This document shows, piece by piece, positions 49,813 to 59,842 of a stretch of DNA of 64,000 nt. The notes beneath the pieces were generated by a model. That model saw only the letters and a program-made list of their open reading frames with translations, ran no database searches and was not told the origin of the DNA. Origin of the DNA: a bacterium (GTDB lineage Bacteria; Bdellovibrionota_C; UBA2361; CALJRW01); NCBI GenBank assembly GCA_031385045.1, contig JANNBC010000007.1, positions 1 through 64,000 of the forward strand, read 5' to 3'. Numbering within the stretch: the first letter of the stretch is position 1; each line of letters begins with the position of its first letter. A program made the position numbers and the translations under genes.

Positions 49813-51848
49813 TAGCTCACAATCTCTAATTGATGTTGTTCCTTTAAGGTGATTAATAATTTAGCGATCACCTGATCAACTTCTTCATTACTTAAAGTCC
49901 GTGATGCTTCCTGGAATAAAAAGCGGTAGGAGATTCTTGTAAAATGTTCTTCAGGCTTGTCAAAAGAATCAACAATTACAGCAGACTTTAAATACTGAGG
50001 CTGCGCTTCGTGAATTACCTGCAATACTCGAGAAGCAGCAACTCGGCGGGGAACTTTAAAAGTTAAATCCCATTTAATTGCTGGATAATCAATAATCTGG
50101 AACTGAGAGTTAAGCTTTCTAAGCTGATAACATTCATCCAAAAAGACTTCAGCAAAGATCATTTCTTCTTTAAAACCTAGGCGATCTTTCAGTAACGGAT
50201 GAATACTCCCAAAAACTGCTAAAGTCTGCTGATTAGCAACTATTTGTGACTGCCGCCCAGGATGTAGCAAAGGATGTGACGAAGGTAGGATTTCAAAATT
50301 AATTTTTAACTTAGCAAATAGACTTTGAAGTAAGCCACTTACGTTACCAAGATTCTCTACTAACCCCGTAGGTTTTTTCCAACTATTATCATACCAGCGA
50401 CCAGCAAATGCTAGGGTTAAGAAATCTTTTTCCAATTGATAAGGCGTCTTTGGGAATCCCTGATTATTAAAAATTCTTCCAAACTCGTAAATCTTCACAC
50501 TCGGCAAATTAAATCTTAAATTACGATTGATAACTTTTGCGAGATGAATAATATTGGTCAGTTTTAAATTAGAATAGGCTCCCTCTAAGGAATTAATAAT
50601 TTTCAAATGCTGACTAGCAAGAGTATTATCAAGTTCGGCAATTAGATCCACCTCTTCATTAGAATAGTAAGAGCGGGTAACAACTTCAGTAAACCCTTGG
50701 GAAGTTAAGATTGGCTCAAATGCTTCAATTAAATATTCACTTGGATGATCGCTAACATCAGACATAACAGTTGTTGGGATGATTGCCTCAATTGAGTTAA
50801 ATCCAACTGTCCGACAATAATCTTCAATAATACTAGCTTCTGATTTCACATTCCAATACCGATGACTCGGGACTAAGCAACTAATTTTTTCGCCCTTAAG
50901 TTTCACCTGATAGCCAAGAGCTGATAGCTTCTCTTGAATGGTATCAAGCTCTAAAGTTGGTTGATTTAAATGCCAGCGAAATCGGGATAGCTCAATTTCT
51001 ATAGTTAATAGTGCTGGAAGATTTTTAAGAGAGCTAAAAGCTAGGGCATTTGCATTCACAGCTAATTTAGCAATTCGACTTAAAGCTAAATCTGGTAAAT
51101 GAATATCTGCTCCACGTTCAAATAAATAAGAAGCATCCGTTGATAATCCCATTGCTCGCGCAGTTTTTCTTACATGCGTTGGACAAAATACTGCCGATTC
51201 GATCAAAACGCTTTTAGTCTCCGCCGTCACCATGGAATTAGCGCAACCGATTACTCCAGCAACCGCCACAGTTTTCTTACTATCTTTAATTAATAATGAA
51301 CTTGTGGGAACTAAGTATTTTTTTAGATCAAGTGCAATAATTTCTTCTTCTTCAGAACTTAGAACTACTCTTAACTCCCCTTCTATTTTACTTGTATCAA
51401 AGGCATGAGTTGGTTGACCCAACTCCGTCAGAACATAATTAGATAATTTAACAATTGCCTGTTGCTCACTTTCAACATCCAGATATTTCTGGATTGAAGA
51501 ATCAAGTTGTAAAGTTTGGGGAAGATCCATCGCTAGCAAAGAGTATGTGTAACAGTACTCAGTCGCAATCTTTATTGGAATATTAGTTGCAACACTAGGC
51601 AAAGCGCTAATTAGTGCTGGGTAGCTAATTGGCTTTAAATATCTGCCGGCAAACTCTCGAGCAATGCCCAGTGCCGAAAGATGATCTCCTCGATTAGCTA
51701 AAGTTTCAATATTAAAAATGACCTTACCAAAACCATCTTCAATTCCTTCGACTTCCAATCCTAAATCATCAAAGACATGTCGCAATTCACTAACTGGAAT
51801 TTCAGGGACTGCAACAATTGATTTTAAGAGCGCTAAATCTAACTTCAT
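49812..51848 (-). CDS. pheT: Phenylalanine--tRNA ligase beta subunit (short form)
   Basis: GLEVE...NRGDHLSALGIARE, ELGQPTHAFD, STDASYLFERG, C-terminal anticodon-binding domain with RTLSNEEV. Confidence 0.92.
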   Translation of the reverse strand: MKLDLALLKSIVAVPEIPVSELRHVFDDLGLEVEGIEDGFGKVIFNIETLANRGDHLSALGIAREFAGRYLKPISYPALISALPSVATNIPIKIATEYCYTYSLLAMDLPQTLQLDSSIQKYLDVESEQQAIVKLSNYVLTELGQPTHAFDTSKIEGELRVVLSSEEEEIIALDLKKYLVPTSSLLIKDSKKTVAVAGVIGCANSMVTAETKSVLIESAVFCPTHVRKTARAMGLSTDASYLFERGADIHLPDLALSRIAKLAVNANALAFSSLKNLPALLTIEIELSRFRWHLNQPTLELDTIQEKLSALGYQVKLKGEKISCLVPSHRYWNVKSEASIIEDYCRTVGFNSIEAIIPTTVMSDVSDHPSEYLIEAFEPILTSQGFTEVVTRSYYSNEEVDLIAELDNTLASQHLKIINSLEGAYSNLKLTNIIHLAKVINRNLRFNLPSVKIYEFGRIFNNQGFPKTPYQLEKDFLTLAFAGRWYDNSWKKPTGLVENLGNVSGLLQSLFAKLKINFEILPSSHPLLHPGRQSQIVANQQTLAVFGSIHPLLKDRLGFKEEMIFAEVFLDECYQLRKLNSQFQIIDYPAIKWDLTFKVPRRVAASRVLQVIHEAQPQYLKSAVIVDSFDKPEEHFTRISYRFLFQEASRTLSNEEVDQVIAKLLITLKEQHQLEIVS

Positions 51849-52870
51849 TATAAAGCTCCTAAGTAACGTAAATCAGCATCGTAAAGAGTTTTTAAGTTTG
51901 GAGCATTAAAAAACTGTCCGGCCAAACGCGAAGTTCCAAAACCAAAAGCAATGCCGCCAACTTTTTCAGGATCAAAACCAAATTCAGTAATCACATTGCG
52001 ATGAACAACACCCGACCCTGCTACAGTTACCCAGCCTGCTCCATCACAAACTGGACAACCCCGACCTTGACATAGGGCACAATCAATCTGTGCGCCAAGG
52101 CTTGGTTCGGTATAGGGATAAAACTTAGGAACAAAACGCACCTTACGGTCTTGGCCATAGACACCTTTAAGAATTGCAATCATCAAACCCATTAAATGAC
52201 TTAGCCCAATCCCTTCTTCAATCCAAACAAGATCATATTGATGAAACATAGCTTGATGCGAAGCATCTTCGGTCTCATTCCGATAAACTCGGCCAGCATA
52301 AATACTCTTGAGCGGTAGTTCTTTCTTCTCTAATTCTCGAGAAAGAATTGCTGTAGTATGAGTCCTTAAGACATGTCCCGATTCAGTGAAAAAAGTATCC
52401 TGCAGATCTCGCGCCGGATGATGTTTCGGAATATTTAAAGCATCGAAGCAATAATACTCGGTCTCCACCTCTGGGCCTTCCACAAAACTAAACCCAAATT
52501 TTTTAAGAATTTTTGTGATTTTTCTTTCCACCAACCTAACAGGGTGGACATTTCCAAGACCTAAATAATTAGCTGGTAAAGAAAGATCCAAGTATTCTTC
52601 CGCTAACTTCTTGGTTCTTTGCTCCGTCGCTAAAACTTCTTGGGTAAGCCGAACAAACTCTTCAGCTTGATCTCTTAAAGAGTTAATTTCTTGTGCAAAA
52701 GCTGGCTTATCAGGCCCCGGGACATCTTTGAGCTTGGAAAATAATTTCTTTAAAATACCTTCTTTGCCTAACCAAGCGATACGAAAGGTATTTAACTGCT
52801 GATCATCTTTAACAGATGCCTGCTCCGATAGAAATTGCTTTCTAATATCAATTATATTTTCCAAGCTCAT
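51848..52870 (-). CDS. pheS: Phenylalanine--tRNA ligase alpha subunit
   Basis: FDALNIP..HPARD.QDTF, LRTHT, GRVYRNE..DASH..MFHQ, YPYTEPS, AFGFG..R. Confidence 0.96.
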   Translation of the reverse strand: MSLENIIDIRKQFLSEQASVKDDQQLNTFRIAWLGKEGILKKLFSKLKDVPGPDKPAFAQEINSLRDQAEEFVRLTQEVLATEQRTKKLAEEYLDLSLPANYLGLGNVHPVRLVERKITKILKKFGFSFVEGPEVETEYYCFDALNIPKHHPARDLQDTFFTESGHVLRTHTTAILSRELEKKELPLKSIYAGRVYRNETEDASHQAMFHQYDLVWIEEGIGLSHLMGLMIAILKGVYGQDRKVRFVPKFYPYTEPSLGAQIDCALCQGRGCPVCDGAGWVTVAGSGVVHRNVITEFGFDPEKVGGIAFGFGTSRLAGQFFNAPNLKTLYDADLRYLGAL

Positions 52871-52884
52871 TTTTAGAACTTTAA

Positions 52885-53454
52885 TTATTTAGCTGGAAAA
52901 GTTTTATCTAAAACTTTATTCCACTCAGTTACTTGCGGAACCGAAGTTAATAACTTCTCAACATTCCCAGTCAAAACAATTTTATTAATCTTGTCACCTT
53001 GAGCAACACTATCAACAACATCTTGCCCCTTAAGAACTTTACCAAAAACTGTGTGTCGACCATCTAACCAAGGAGTTGGAACATGAGTCACAAAAAACTG
53101 ACTACCATTGGTTCCTGGACCAGCGTTTGCCATAGAAAGAATTCCTGGAACATCATGTTTTAAATTTGGCTTAGTTTCATCTCCAAATTTATAGCCTGGC
53201 CCACCAGCTCCTGTCCCCGTTGGATCTCCACCTTGAATCATAAAATCTGGAATCACGCGGTGAAATGTAAGGCCATTATAGTAGCCTCTTTTAGCCAAGT
53301 TAATAAAATTTGCAGCAGTCATCGGAACCTCATCAGAGAAGATTTCCACCTCAATATTCCCCTTAGTTGTTTCTAAGGTTGCTTTAATGTTTTCTGCATT
53401 TGCATTCATGTAAGTACCCAAAATTAAAGTAAAAAGTAAAATAATGTTTTTCAT
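52885..53454 (-). CDS. Cyclophilin-type peptidyl-prolyl cis-trans isomerase
   Basis: [40 protein letters not shown]. Confidence 0.96.
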   Translation of the reverse strand: MKNIILLFTLILGTYMNANAENIKATLETTKGNIEVEIFSDEVPMTAANFINLAKRGYYNGLTFHRVIPDFMIQGGDPTGTGAGGPGYKFGDETKPNLKHDVPGILSMANAGPGTNGSQFFVTHVPTPWLDGRHTVFGKVLKGQDVVDSVAQGDKINKIVLTGNVEKLLTSVPQVTEWNKVLDKTFPAK

Positions 53455-53926
53455 ATTGAATATCTAAGATTAGTCATTAGTCAAAAAAACTAATTGGCGT
53501 TATCAGCCAACTTGAAGTATAAGAATTACGGATTATGTACGCTGATCCCCACTGAGCTATTGAACTTAAACTTGCGGTATTTCACCCAAATTCCCTTTTG
53601 AATAGGAATAAGGACTATAGATACCACTTTAAGTCACAATCAACTCTTATAGCCATAAACGTAACCATAGTTGTTTACAACAAAAGTTATCAAATGACTA
53701 TCAAATGATTGGGGTATTAGTATATATTTGTTGATTCTTAATGGCAAATATACTGTAAGGTATTTATTGCCTATCCCTAATGGGACAAGTTGTAATATGA
53801 TAATGAGCAATCAAAATTGTATTACTAGGAAGAACAAATTAGCCAAACCAAGATCGAAAAATAATCCTTTACGGTTTGGTTTAAAAATCCTACTTTTTAA
53901 ACTAATTATTAATTTACGGAACTAAT

Positions 53927-54706
53927 ATGTCAAAATTCAAACAGGTTATTGCCGGTAGCTTTCTATTAATTGCCCTAGCTTGTCAGCAAGCTCAGCAAAT
54001 TGAAGCTGCCCCTACTGGAGATATCTCTAATGAAGCTTTTGCTAAAGCAATGGAAGCTTACTTACAAACTGAATCAGGAATGGAAAAAATTGGTGATTCC
54101 ATGCAAGCTTATTTTCAAAAGCAACAGCAGAAAGCTCAAGCAGATCGTGCTAAGCAAGAAGAGCAAGCACTAGAAGATCAATTTAAAAATCCAATTAAAG
54201 TTGATGTTGCCAATGCTCCGGTTAAAGGCCCAAAAGAAGCTAAAATTACAGTGGTAGAATATTCTGATTTTGAATGTCCTTTCTGTAGTCGTGGTGCATC
54301 AACAGTTGAAGAGATTATGAAAGCATATCCAAAAGATGTAAAAGTTGCTTTCAAAAACTTACCATTGCCATTCCACAAAAATGCTAAGCCTGCTGCTTTA
54401 GCTGCTTTAGCTGCTGGCAAACAAGGCAAATTTTGGGAAATGCATGACATATTATTTGCTAACCAAAAAGGTCTAGGGGAAGAACTTTTCTTAAGCACTG
54501 CTAAACAGTTAGGTCTAAATATTGATCAATTTAAAAAAGACTTAGCTGATCCAGCTTTGGCTAAACAAATTGAAGAAGACTCTAAAGAAGCCGGCAAGAT
54601 TGGTATTTCTGGAACTCCAGGATTCGTTGTAAACGGAGTCTTGGTTAAAGGAGCATATCCATTAAGTCACTTCCAAACAATTATTGATCGTCAGTTAAAA
54701 GAATAA
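53927..54706 (+). CDS. DsbA/BdbD-like thioredoxin-fold lipoprotein
   Basis: Lipobox ALAC, EYSDFECPFC, GISGTP cis-Pro loop. Confidence 0.92.
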   Translation: MSKFKQVIAGSFLLIALACQQAQQIEAAPTGDISNEAFAKAMEAYLQTESGMEKIGDSMQAYFQKQQQKAQADRAKQEEQALEDQFKNPIKVDVANAPVKGPKEAKITVVEYSDFECPFCSRGASTVEEIMKAYPKDVKVAFKNLPLPFHKNAKPAALAALAAGKQGKFWEMHDILFANQKGLGEELFLSTAKQLGLNIDQFKKDLADPALAKQIEEDSKEAGKIGISGTPGFVVNGVLVKGAYPLSHFQTIIDRQLKE

Positions 54707-54722
54707 TTAACTTTCATTAATA

Positions 54723-54753
54723 TCCCCCGATAGTAACAACTACTATCGGGGGA
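54723..54753. terminator. Perfect hairpin between convergent genes (possible terminator)
   Basis: TCCCCCGATAGTA-ACAAC-TACTATCGGGGGA, 13 bp stem; no clear U tract. Confidence 0.45.
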
Positions 54754-54810
54754 CTCCCTGCCCCGCCTTCCATTCTATAATTAATCTAATTTGCTACCTT
54801 TGGCGGACCG

Positions 54811-55689
54811 CTACTTGCCCTGGGAAAAAGAAAAGTCTGCAAGTCTTGGTAACTGATCAAGTATCCTTGGGTGAATCACTAGATTTGCTTCGGCATCATA
54901 TAAAACGACAATATTTCTTTCTGCTATAGCTGGTCGCATTTCACTAACTTTAAGATTAAGTAATGGTCCCCGATCATAATCAATCACTGCTTGTCCACCA
55001 ATTGGTAGGAAAGAATAGAGTCCGGCGAGCAAACGAGTCACATCGTCAAGCTCACTCGTCATGTGTGATTCAAAAGGAAAGTTTTGAGTATGAAGCTCAG
55101 TAGAAACCTGATTTAAATGGCGCCCAAAGACAAATTTATATTCGAAAAACCGTCCGGAATTAAGTGCGCTATAATCAAGTAACAAGGCATCTTTTATTCC
55201 AAAAAGATTCTTCTCTAATAATAAATCCCAACGGCCCGCTATATCTGAGATCTCAATCTCTAATTCTGGGAATCTAGCGGCTAACCAACGTGACAACCAT
55301 GGAGCACTTAAGTTTTCGGGATCAAGGGTAAATGAACATCCGGCACCAATTTCTAAGATTTTTATTTTAAAGTCGGGCAAGAAAAGATTCTGCCCCTTAA
55401 ACGTCTGATAAACATTAAAAATCTGCTCTAAAACCAAAATATCATGCTGACGGATTAAGCTTCTTAAAAAAACATCTTCATCACGGTCAATTGCAAAAAT
55501 ATCGAATTTGCCACGAGCTAATTTGGCACACAAATGAGCATCAACTAATGCACGAGACTCCGCGCAAAAAGGTACAAAATCACTTTGATAAAGTTCAATC
55601 AATTGCTCGACACTCTTTAAACTGGAAAACGCAGGGAGGCTGGGAAGTGGCTTTCGGGTTAATAGATCAAGATTAGGTAATGCAAACAA
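54811..55689 (-). CDS. Hypothetical protein, possibly SAM-methyltransferase-like fold
   Basis: ILEIGAG followed by ISDI resembles class I motifs; otherwise unassigned. Confidence 0.45.
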   Translation of the reverse strand: MFALPNLDLLTRKPLPSLPAFSSLKSVEQLIELYQSDFVPFCAESRALVDAHLCAKLARGKFDIFAIDRDEDVFLRSLIRQHDILVLEQIFNVYQTFKGQNLFLPDFKIKILEIGAGCSFTLDPENLSAPWLSRWLAARFPELEIEISDIAGRWDLLLEKNLFGIKDALLLDYSALNSGRFFEYKFVFGRHLNQVSTELHTQNFPFESHMTSELDDVTRLLAGLYSFLPIGGQAVIDYDRGPLLNLKVSEMRPAIAERNIVVLYDAEANLVIHPRILDQLPRLADFSFSQGK

Positions 55690-55800
55690 AAGCGTTCCTT
55701 AAGTATTAACTAAGAGAAAAATCTCCCTAGAAGATTAGGATTTATTAAGGATAACTGAGGAAGGAACACTAATCAAATAAAAAGGCAGATAAAGTGTAAA

Positions 55801-57180
55801 TCAATGAACTATTGTCTTTGTTTGGACATATTCTAAAAGACCTTCCTTCCCTGACTCACGGCCATACCCAGACTTCTTATATCCACCAAATGGCAAAAAG
55901 GCGTCGCCACTTATTGTCTTATTAATTCCAACCATTCCAACCGCTAAGCGACTAACAAAATAATCAGCATCTTGCGCCGACTGAGTAAAAATACTGGCAG
56001 CAAGACCATAGGGACTGGAGTTAGCGATTTCAACTGCTTGGTCTAAATTCTGAAACTGGTGAAGCACCGCTACTGGACCAAAAACTTCTTCCTTTGATAT
56101 CGAGGCCTGACCAAAGGGATCATTAAAAATCCCTGGCGAATAGTAAAATCCTCGCTGCGAAATTTGTCTTGCTGGCAATACTTCCGTTGCTCCCTCTTTA
56201 ATTGCTAGCGCAATTTGTTGCTCAAGCTTTTTAGCAATATCAACACGCGCTAATGGCCCATAGGAGCTATCTGCATTAAATGGATCTCCCGGTCTTTTTT
56301 CCGACATCGCCTTTAGAAAATATTTACTAAATTCAAGATAAACATTTTGATCAATTAAAAATCTTTTGGCGGAACAGCATACTTGTCCTGCATTACGGCA
56401 ACGTGCATCAGCTGCTAACTGAGCTGTAACTTCTAAGTCAGCATCGGCAAGCACGATAAACGGATCGCTTCCTCCCAACTCAAGTGTAATTGGTTTAATC
56501 TGTTGCCCAGCGAGCGAAGCTAATCGTTGACCAGTTTGCAGACTGCCAGTGAAAATAATTTTAGCAATTCGATCATCGGAGATCAGTATTTCGGCATCAT
56601 GATTTACTAGTAACAAAACAGAAAATAATTCTTTTGGAAAACCAGCTTCCCAAATTAGCTCTTGGACTCTTAGCGCGCAGCCAGCAACATTTGGCGCTGG
56701 CTTTAGAACAACCGCATTCCCAGCTATTAATGCTGGTAGTGCCGAACGAAGTGGTAACCAAACAGGATAATTCCAAGGCGTGATATTAAATGTTACCCCA
56801 TAGGCTTCCTTGATAATTTTATTAAAAGATTTCTCTGGTAAGTATCTGCTTTCTGCCACAAGAATTTCTTCTGCTTGCAATAAAAGAAAATCGCACATCC
56901 GAACGGCACTGCTAACCTCAGCAATCGCTGAAGTAAATAATTTACCCATCTCCAAGGTAATGAGTCTTGCTAATTCCTGTTGATGAATGATTAATAAATT
57001 TTTAAATTTTTCTAGTAGAAGTAGTCGGTGATCAATTGTTGTTCTAGCCCAATCTGGCTGAGCTTTATGAGCTAATGAGAGGCAAGAATTAATCTGAGAA
57101 GAATTTGCTGAGGAATAACTTTGAATTAGCTCTTCACTTGCTGGATTGACAGAACAATATGAAAGTAAATTTGTACTCAC
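55801..57180 (-). CDS. NAD(P)-dependent aldehyde dehydrogenase (succinate-semialdehyde dehydrogenase-like)
   Basis: ITPWNYP, FTGS, LELGGSDP, NAGQVCC, EEVFGPV, PFGGYKKSGYGRE. Confidence 0.93.
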   Translation of the reverse strand: MSTNLLSYCSVNPASEELIQSYSSANSSQINSCLSLAHKAQPDWARTTIDHRLLLLEKFKNLLIIHQQELARLITLEMGKLFTSAIAEVSSAVRMCDFLLLQAEEILVAESRYLPEKSFNKIIKEAYGVTFNITPWNYPVWLPLRSALPALIAGNAVVLKPAPNVAGCALRVQELIWEAGFPKELFSVLLLVNHDAEILISDDRIAKIIFTGSLQTGQRLASLAGQQIKPITLELGGSDPFIVLADADLEVTAQLAADARCRNAGQVCCSAKRFLIDQNVYLEFSKYFLKAMSEKRPGDPFNADSSYGPLARVDIAKKLEQQIALAIKEGATEVLPARQISQRGFYYSPGIFNDPFGQASISKEEVFGPVAVLHQFQNLDQAVEIANSSPYGLAASIFTQSAQDADYFVSRLAVGMVGINKTISGDAFLPFGGYKKSGYGRESGKEGLLEYVQTKTIVH

Positions 57181-57257
57181 AATAATATTTTTTGGATTAG
57201 TGCTTTAGCATTACTAAAGCACCTAGGGATGCGTTTGGAATTCTTATAAACAAATAT

Positions 57258-57635
57258 TTAAGAAACCTTCTGAATCCACATATTACACCAACCAGTTTCA
57301 GAAACTAAGCCTTCTGTGAACAAGCTACAGACGCCATATTTACCAGTCTTGCCAGCCACCTCTTGCGCCCCTTTAACCATTAATTGGCAACTACCACAGA
57401 ATTGTTTAGCACCAGCATCGCCAGCACGCTTTGGAAATTTAACAATATCAACTTTTGTGGCATCAGCTAAATAACCAAACTGTTTGGCTTTTGCAGAATT
57501 TTCATCCACTTCTGTCGTTGGAACTTCTAAAGCATAGACACGATTCGGCTTCATAAGAACTCCAGCAACCGGAATACTTGCAGCGGTTACACCAATTACT
57601 CTAAGAAAAGATCGACGATTAATTTGATTAGTCAT
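57258..57635 (-). CDS. High-potential iron-sulfur protein (HiPIP) with Tat signal
   Basis: MTNQINRRSFL twin-arginine signal; C..C (FCGSCQL), C (GVCSLF), GWC..W. Start moved to ATG 57635 because the TTG at 57671 lies in a repeat. Confidence 0.88.
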   Translation of the reverse strand: MTNQINRRSFLRVIGVTAASIPVAGVLMKPNRVYALEVPTTEVDENSAKAKQFGYLADATKVDIVKFPKRAGDAGAKQFCGSCQLMVKGAQEVAGKTGKYGVCSLFTEGLVSETGWCNMWIQKVS

Positions 57636-57657
57636 TTTTGTATTTAAAAATAAAATA

Positions 57658-57871
57658 TATAGTGAGTCCAAAAAGTAATTTCCGTAGGAATTACTTTTTG
57701 GGGCTTACTATCTCCCAGAGGGGTAATAAAATCATATAGTTATGACAAAAAACACAAAACTCACTTTTAAATACTCGGAAAATATTTTTTGTCATAACTA
57801 TAATAATCCCAGATTTGAATTGGCAGTGATAAAACTATAATCTCCTTTCGGAAGTTTTTTTATCATCACTA
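57658..57871. repeat. Cluster of three TATAGT hairpin units (copy D)
   Basis: 57658-57711 TATAGTGAGTCCAAAAAGTAATTTCCGTAGGAATTACTTTTTGGGGCTTACTAT; 57735-57802 with 18 bp perfect IR TATAGTTATGACAAAAAA; degenerate third unit ~57825-57871. Confidence 0.8.
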
Positions 57872-58146
57872 CTTCTCAGCTTTGGACAATTCAAGAAATT
57901 TAGTGCTGTTTGAGGTTTGAATTAACCAAAACTGAGGATATCTGTTAGTTAGCTTAGATCTAATTTCCTGACAATCAACAGTGATTTAGGCAAAATGCCT
58001 GAAAAAATAATAGCTAATAATATTAGCTAGTTATAGCTTAGTAGTTTTTTACAAAACAGTTACTTTAAATTTATTTAGTTTGCACATTTTAAAATGGAAG
58101 CAGAATCATAATTATATCAGATTAATATATAACTGGATTACTAACT

Positions 58147-58452
58147 ATGGTTGACTTCAAAATAACTCATCAAAAGCAAGATCAAAAGAGCGATTTAACT
58201 ACGACTGGTTTTAGTCGTAGTAGTAGCTTACCAAACAGAGATTCTAAGGTTGAGCTGTTTGGAGAAGAGATTAGTGGACCAGTACTTAGATTAGGTGCTA
58301 ATCCAAGTTCAGGTCTTTCAGGAAGACACCAAGATATTGAAAGTCAGGCAATCTCAAATAGACTACCTTACCAATCAAAAGATTCCGATTCGGTTGCTCG
58401 TACCATTGTTATTTCAGGGAGTCGAGTTAGCTTCTCGCCAGATCTAAACTAG
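58147..58452 (+). CDS. Hypothetical Ser-rich protein
   Basis: 101 aa ORF filling the intergenic space; no motif. Confidence 0.4.
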   Translation: MVDFKITHQKQDQKSDLTTTGFSRSSSLPNRDSKVELFGEEISGPVLRLGANPSSGLSGRHQDIESQAISNRLPYQSKDSDSVARTIVISGSRVSFSPDLN

Positions 58453-58458
58453 CCTTTA

Positions 58459-58851
58459 TTAGAAATTTAAAGCTTCAACAGCAGCACGGGCGTATGGTAA
58501 TAGCCGAGGAGCTATTTGTTCCGGTAGAATTTCAGGTCCTAAAATTCCCATTCCAACAGGCTTCAAGAACTCCAGCTGTAAATTAATAATAGCGCTGGCA
58601 ACAGCTTGTCCCATGACTAGCCCATGTTTAGTCTGACCTCTTTCAATAATGCCTAACACTACCGCAGCATCAGGATTATATTTAAGAAACGCTTGCTTTA
58701 ATGCTAATGGCTTCTCAAAAGATCCGGCAACCCAAATTTCTGCTAGAATCTCTAACTGATTTTCAGCCGCAGCTTTTCGAGCTTCTGCTAACATCTTACT
58801 AACTTCTTGCTTATGAAATGAGCCGAGAATAATTACAATTTTTTTAATCAT
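58459..58851 (-). CDS. ribH: 6,7-dimethyl-8-ribityllumazine synthase
   Basis: WVAGSFEKP, AAVVLGII.RGQTKH, KPVGMGILGP. Confidence 0.85.
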   Translation of the reverse strand: MIKKIVIILGSFHKQEVSKMLAEARKAAAENQLEILAEIWVAGSFEKPLALKQAFLKYNPDAAVVLGIIERGQTKHGLVMGQAVASAIINLQLEFLKPVGMGILGPEILPEQIAPRLLPYARAAVEALNF

Positions 58852-58954
58852 GGATGAAATCTCTGTAAGAGTTTACATAAGTAAACTAAGTCAATAAAAT
58901 CTTAGCCGTCTGTCTATTTTGTTAATTTTAGAAGTTTTAGTATAACCTGAAACT

Positions 58955-59827
58955 ATGAATAAACCAGCTAATTGTCAAAATCCTAGTTTCGACTACCAAC
59001 TTGTCGACTCTGGTAACCTAAAAAAATTAGAGCGTTTTGGCGGTCACTTAATTATTCGTCCTTCTAGCCAAGCTATCTGGCAAGCTAGTAAGGCCAAAAA
59101 TATTTGGTCAGAAGCAAGCGCTGAGTTTCACCATGACAATGGCTGGAGAAATCCTAAAAAGTTAGATTCTTGGTCAATAAAAATTAGTGCTGAAAAAAAA
59201 ATAAATCTGCGCCTGCAAGACAATGGTCAAATTGGCATATTTCCAGAGCATCATTCTTACTTAGAAGATATCAAAAAACAAATTTCTGGGTTGTCGAATA
59301 TTAAAATTCTAAATCTTTTTGCCTATACTGGAATGGCCAGTGTTTATCTTAGCAATCCTCAAGTAGAGGTTACCCATGTTGATATCACTAAAAAATGTCT
59401 CGACTGGACTAAAGAAAATATTAATAGCAATTCCAACCTTGGCTCAATTCGTCTAATCAACGAAGATGCTGAGGATTTTGTGAACAAAGAGATTAGACGC
59501 AACAAAACATATAACGTTGTGATTATTGACCCGCCTAGCTTTAGTCGCGTAACCCGTAATAAAAGCTGGGATCTGGAAGATATCCTACCTGACCTTGCAA
59601 GCCTTTTAGTAAAGATTGTTGACCAAAACAACTTTGCTATTTATTTTGCTAGCCATCTGCAACAAGGCTTTGCTAATTCCATTAGTAATATCTTTTGGGA
59701 TCATTTTCAGGATAAAGTTATTTATGAACAAAGACTACTAAATCTTGTAGAAGATACTTCCGCGCGCGAGCTTCCTTGTAGCAACTTAAGTATTATTAGC
59801 TCAAAACCCATTAAGTTCGATCCCTAA
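58955..59827 (+). CDS. Class I SAM-dependent methyltransferase (RlmI/RlmK-like)
   Basis: YQLVDSG..KKLERFG, IGIFPEH, LNLFAYTG, HVD, IIDPPSF. Confidence 0.85.
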   Translation: MNKPANCQNPSFDYQLVDSGNLKKLERFGGHLIIRPSSQAIWQASKAKNIWSEASAEFHHDNGWRNPKKLDSWSIKISAEKKINLRLQDNGQIGIFPEHHSYLEDIKKQISGLSNIKILNLFAYTGMASVYLSNPQVEVTHVDITKKCLDWTKENINSNSNLGSIRLINEDAEDFVNKEIRRNKTYNVVIIDPPSFSRVTRNKSWDLEDILPDLASLLVKIVDQNNFAIYFASHLQQGFANSISNIFWDHFQDKVIYEQRLLNLVEDTSARELPCSNLSIISSKPIKFDP

Positions 59828-59842
59828 AAAATAGCAATTAAC

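Noticed and set aside
53728..53925. 65 aa ORF upstream of dsbA
   Set aside because: TTG start, no motif, lies in the probable promoter region.
57658..57871. Possible CRISPR array or integron attC cluster
   Set aside because: Units are not identical direct repeats with uniform spacers, no cas genes are present, and the ends lack the RYYYAAC/GTTRRRY attC boxes.
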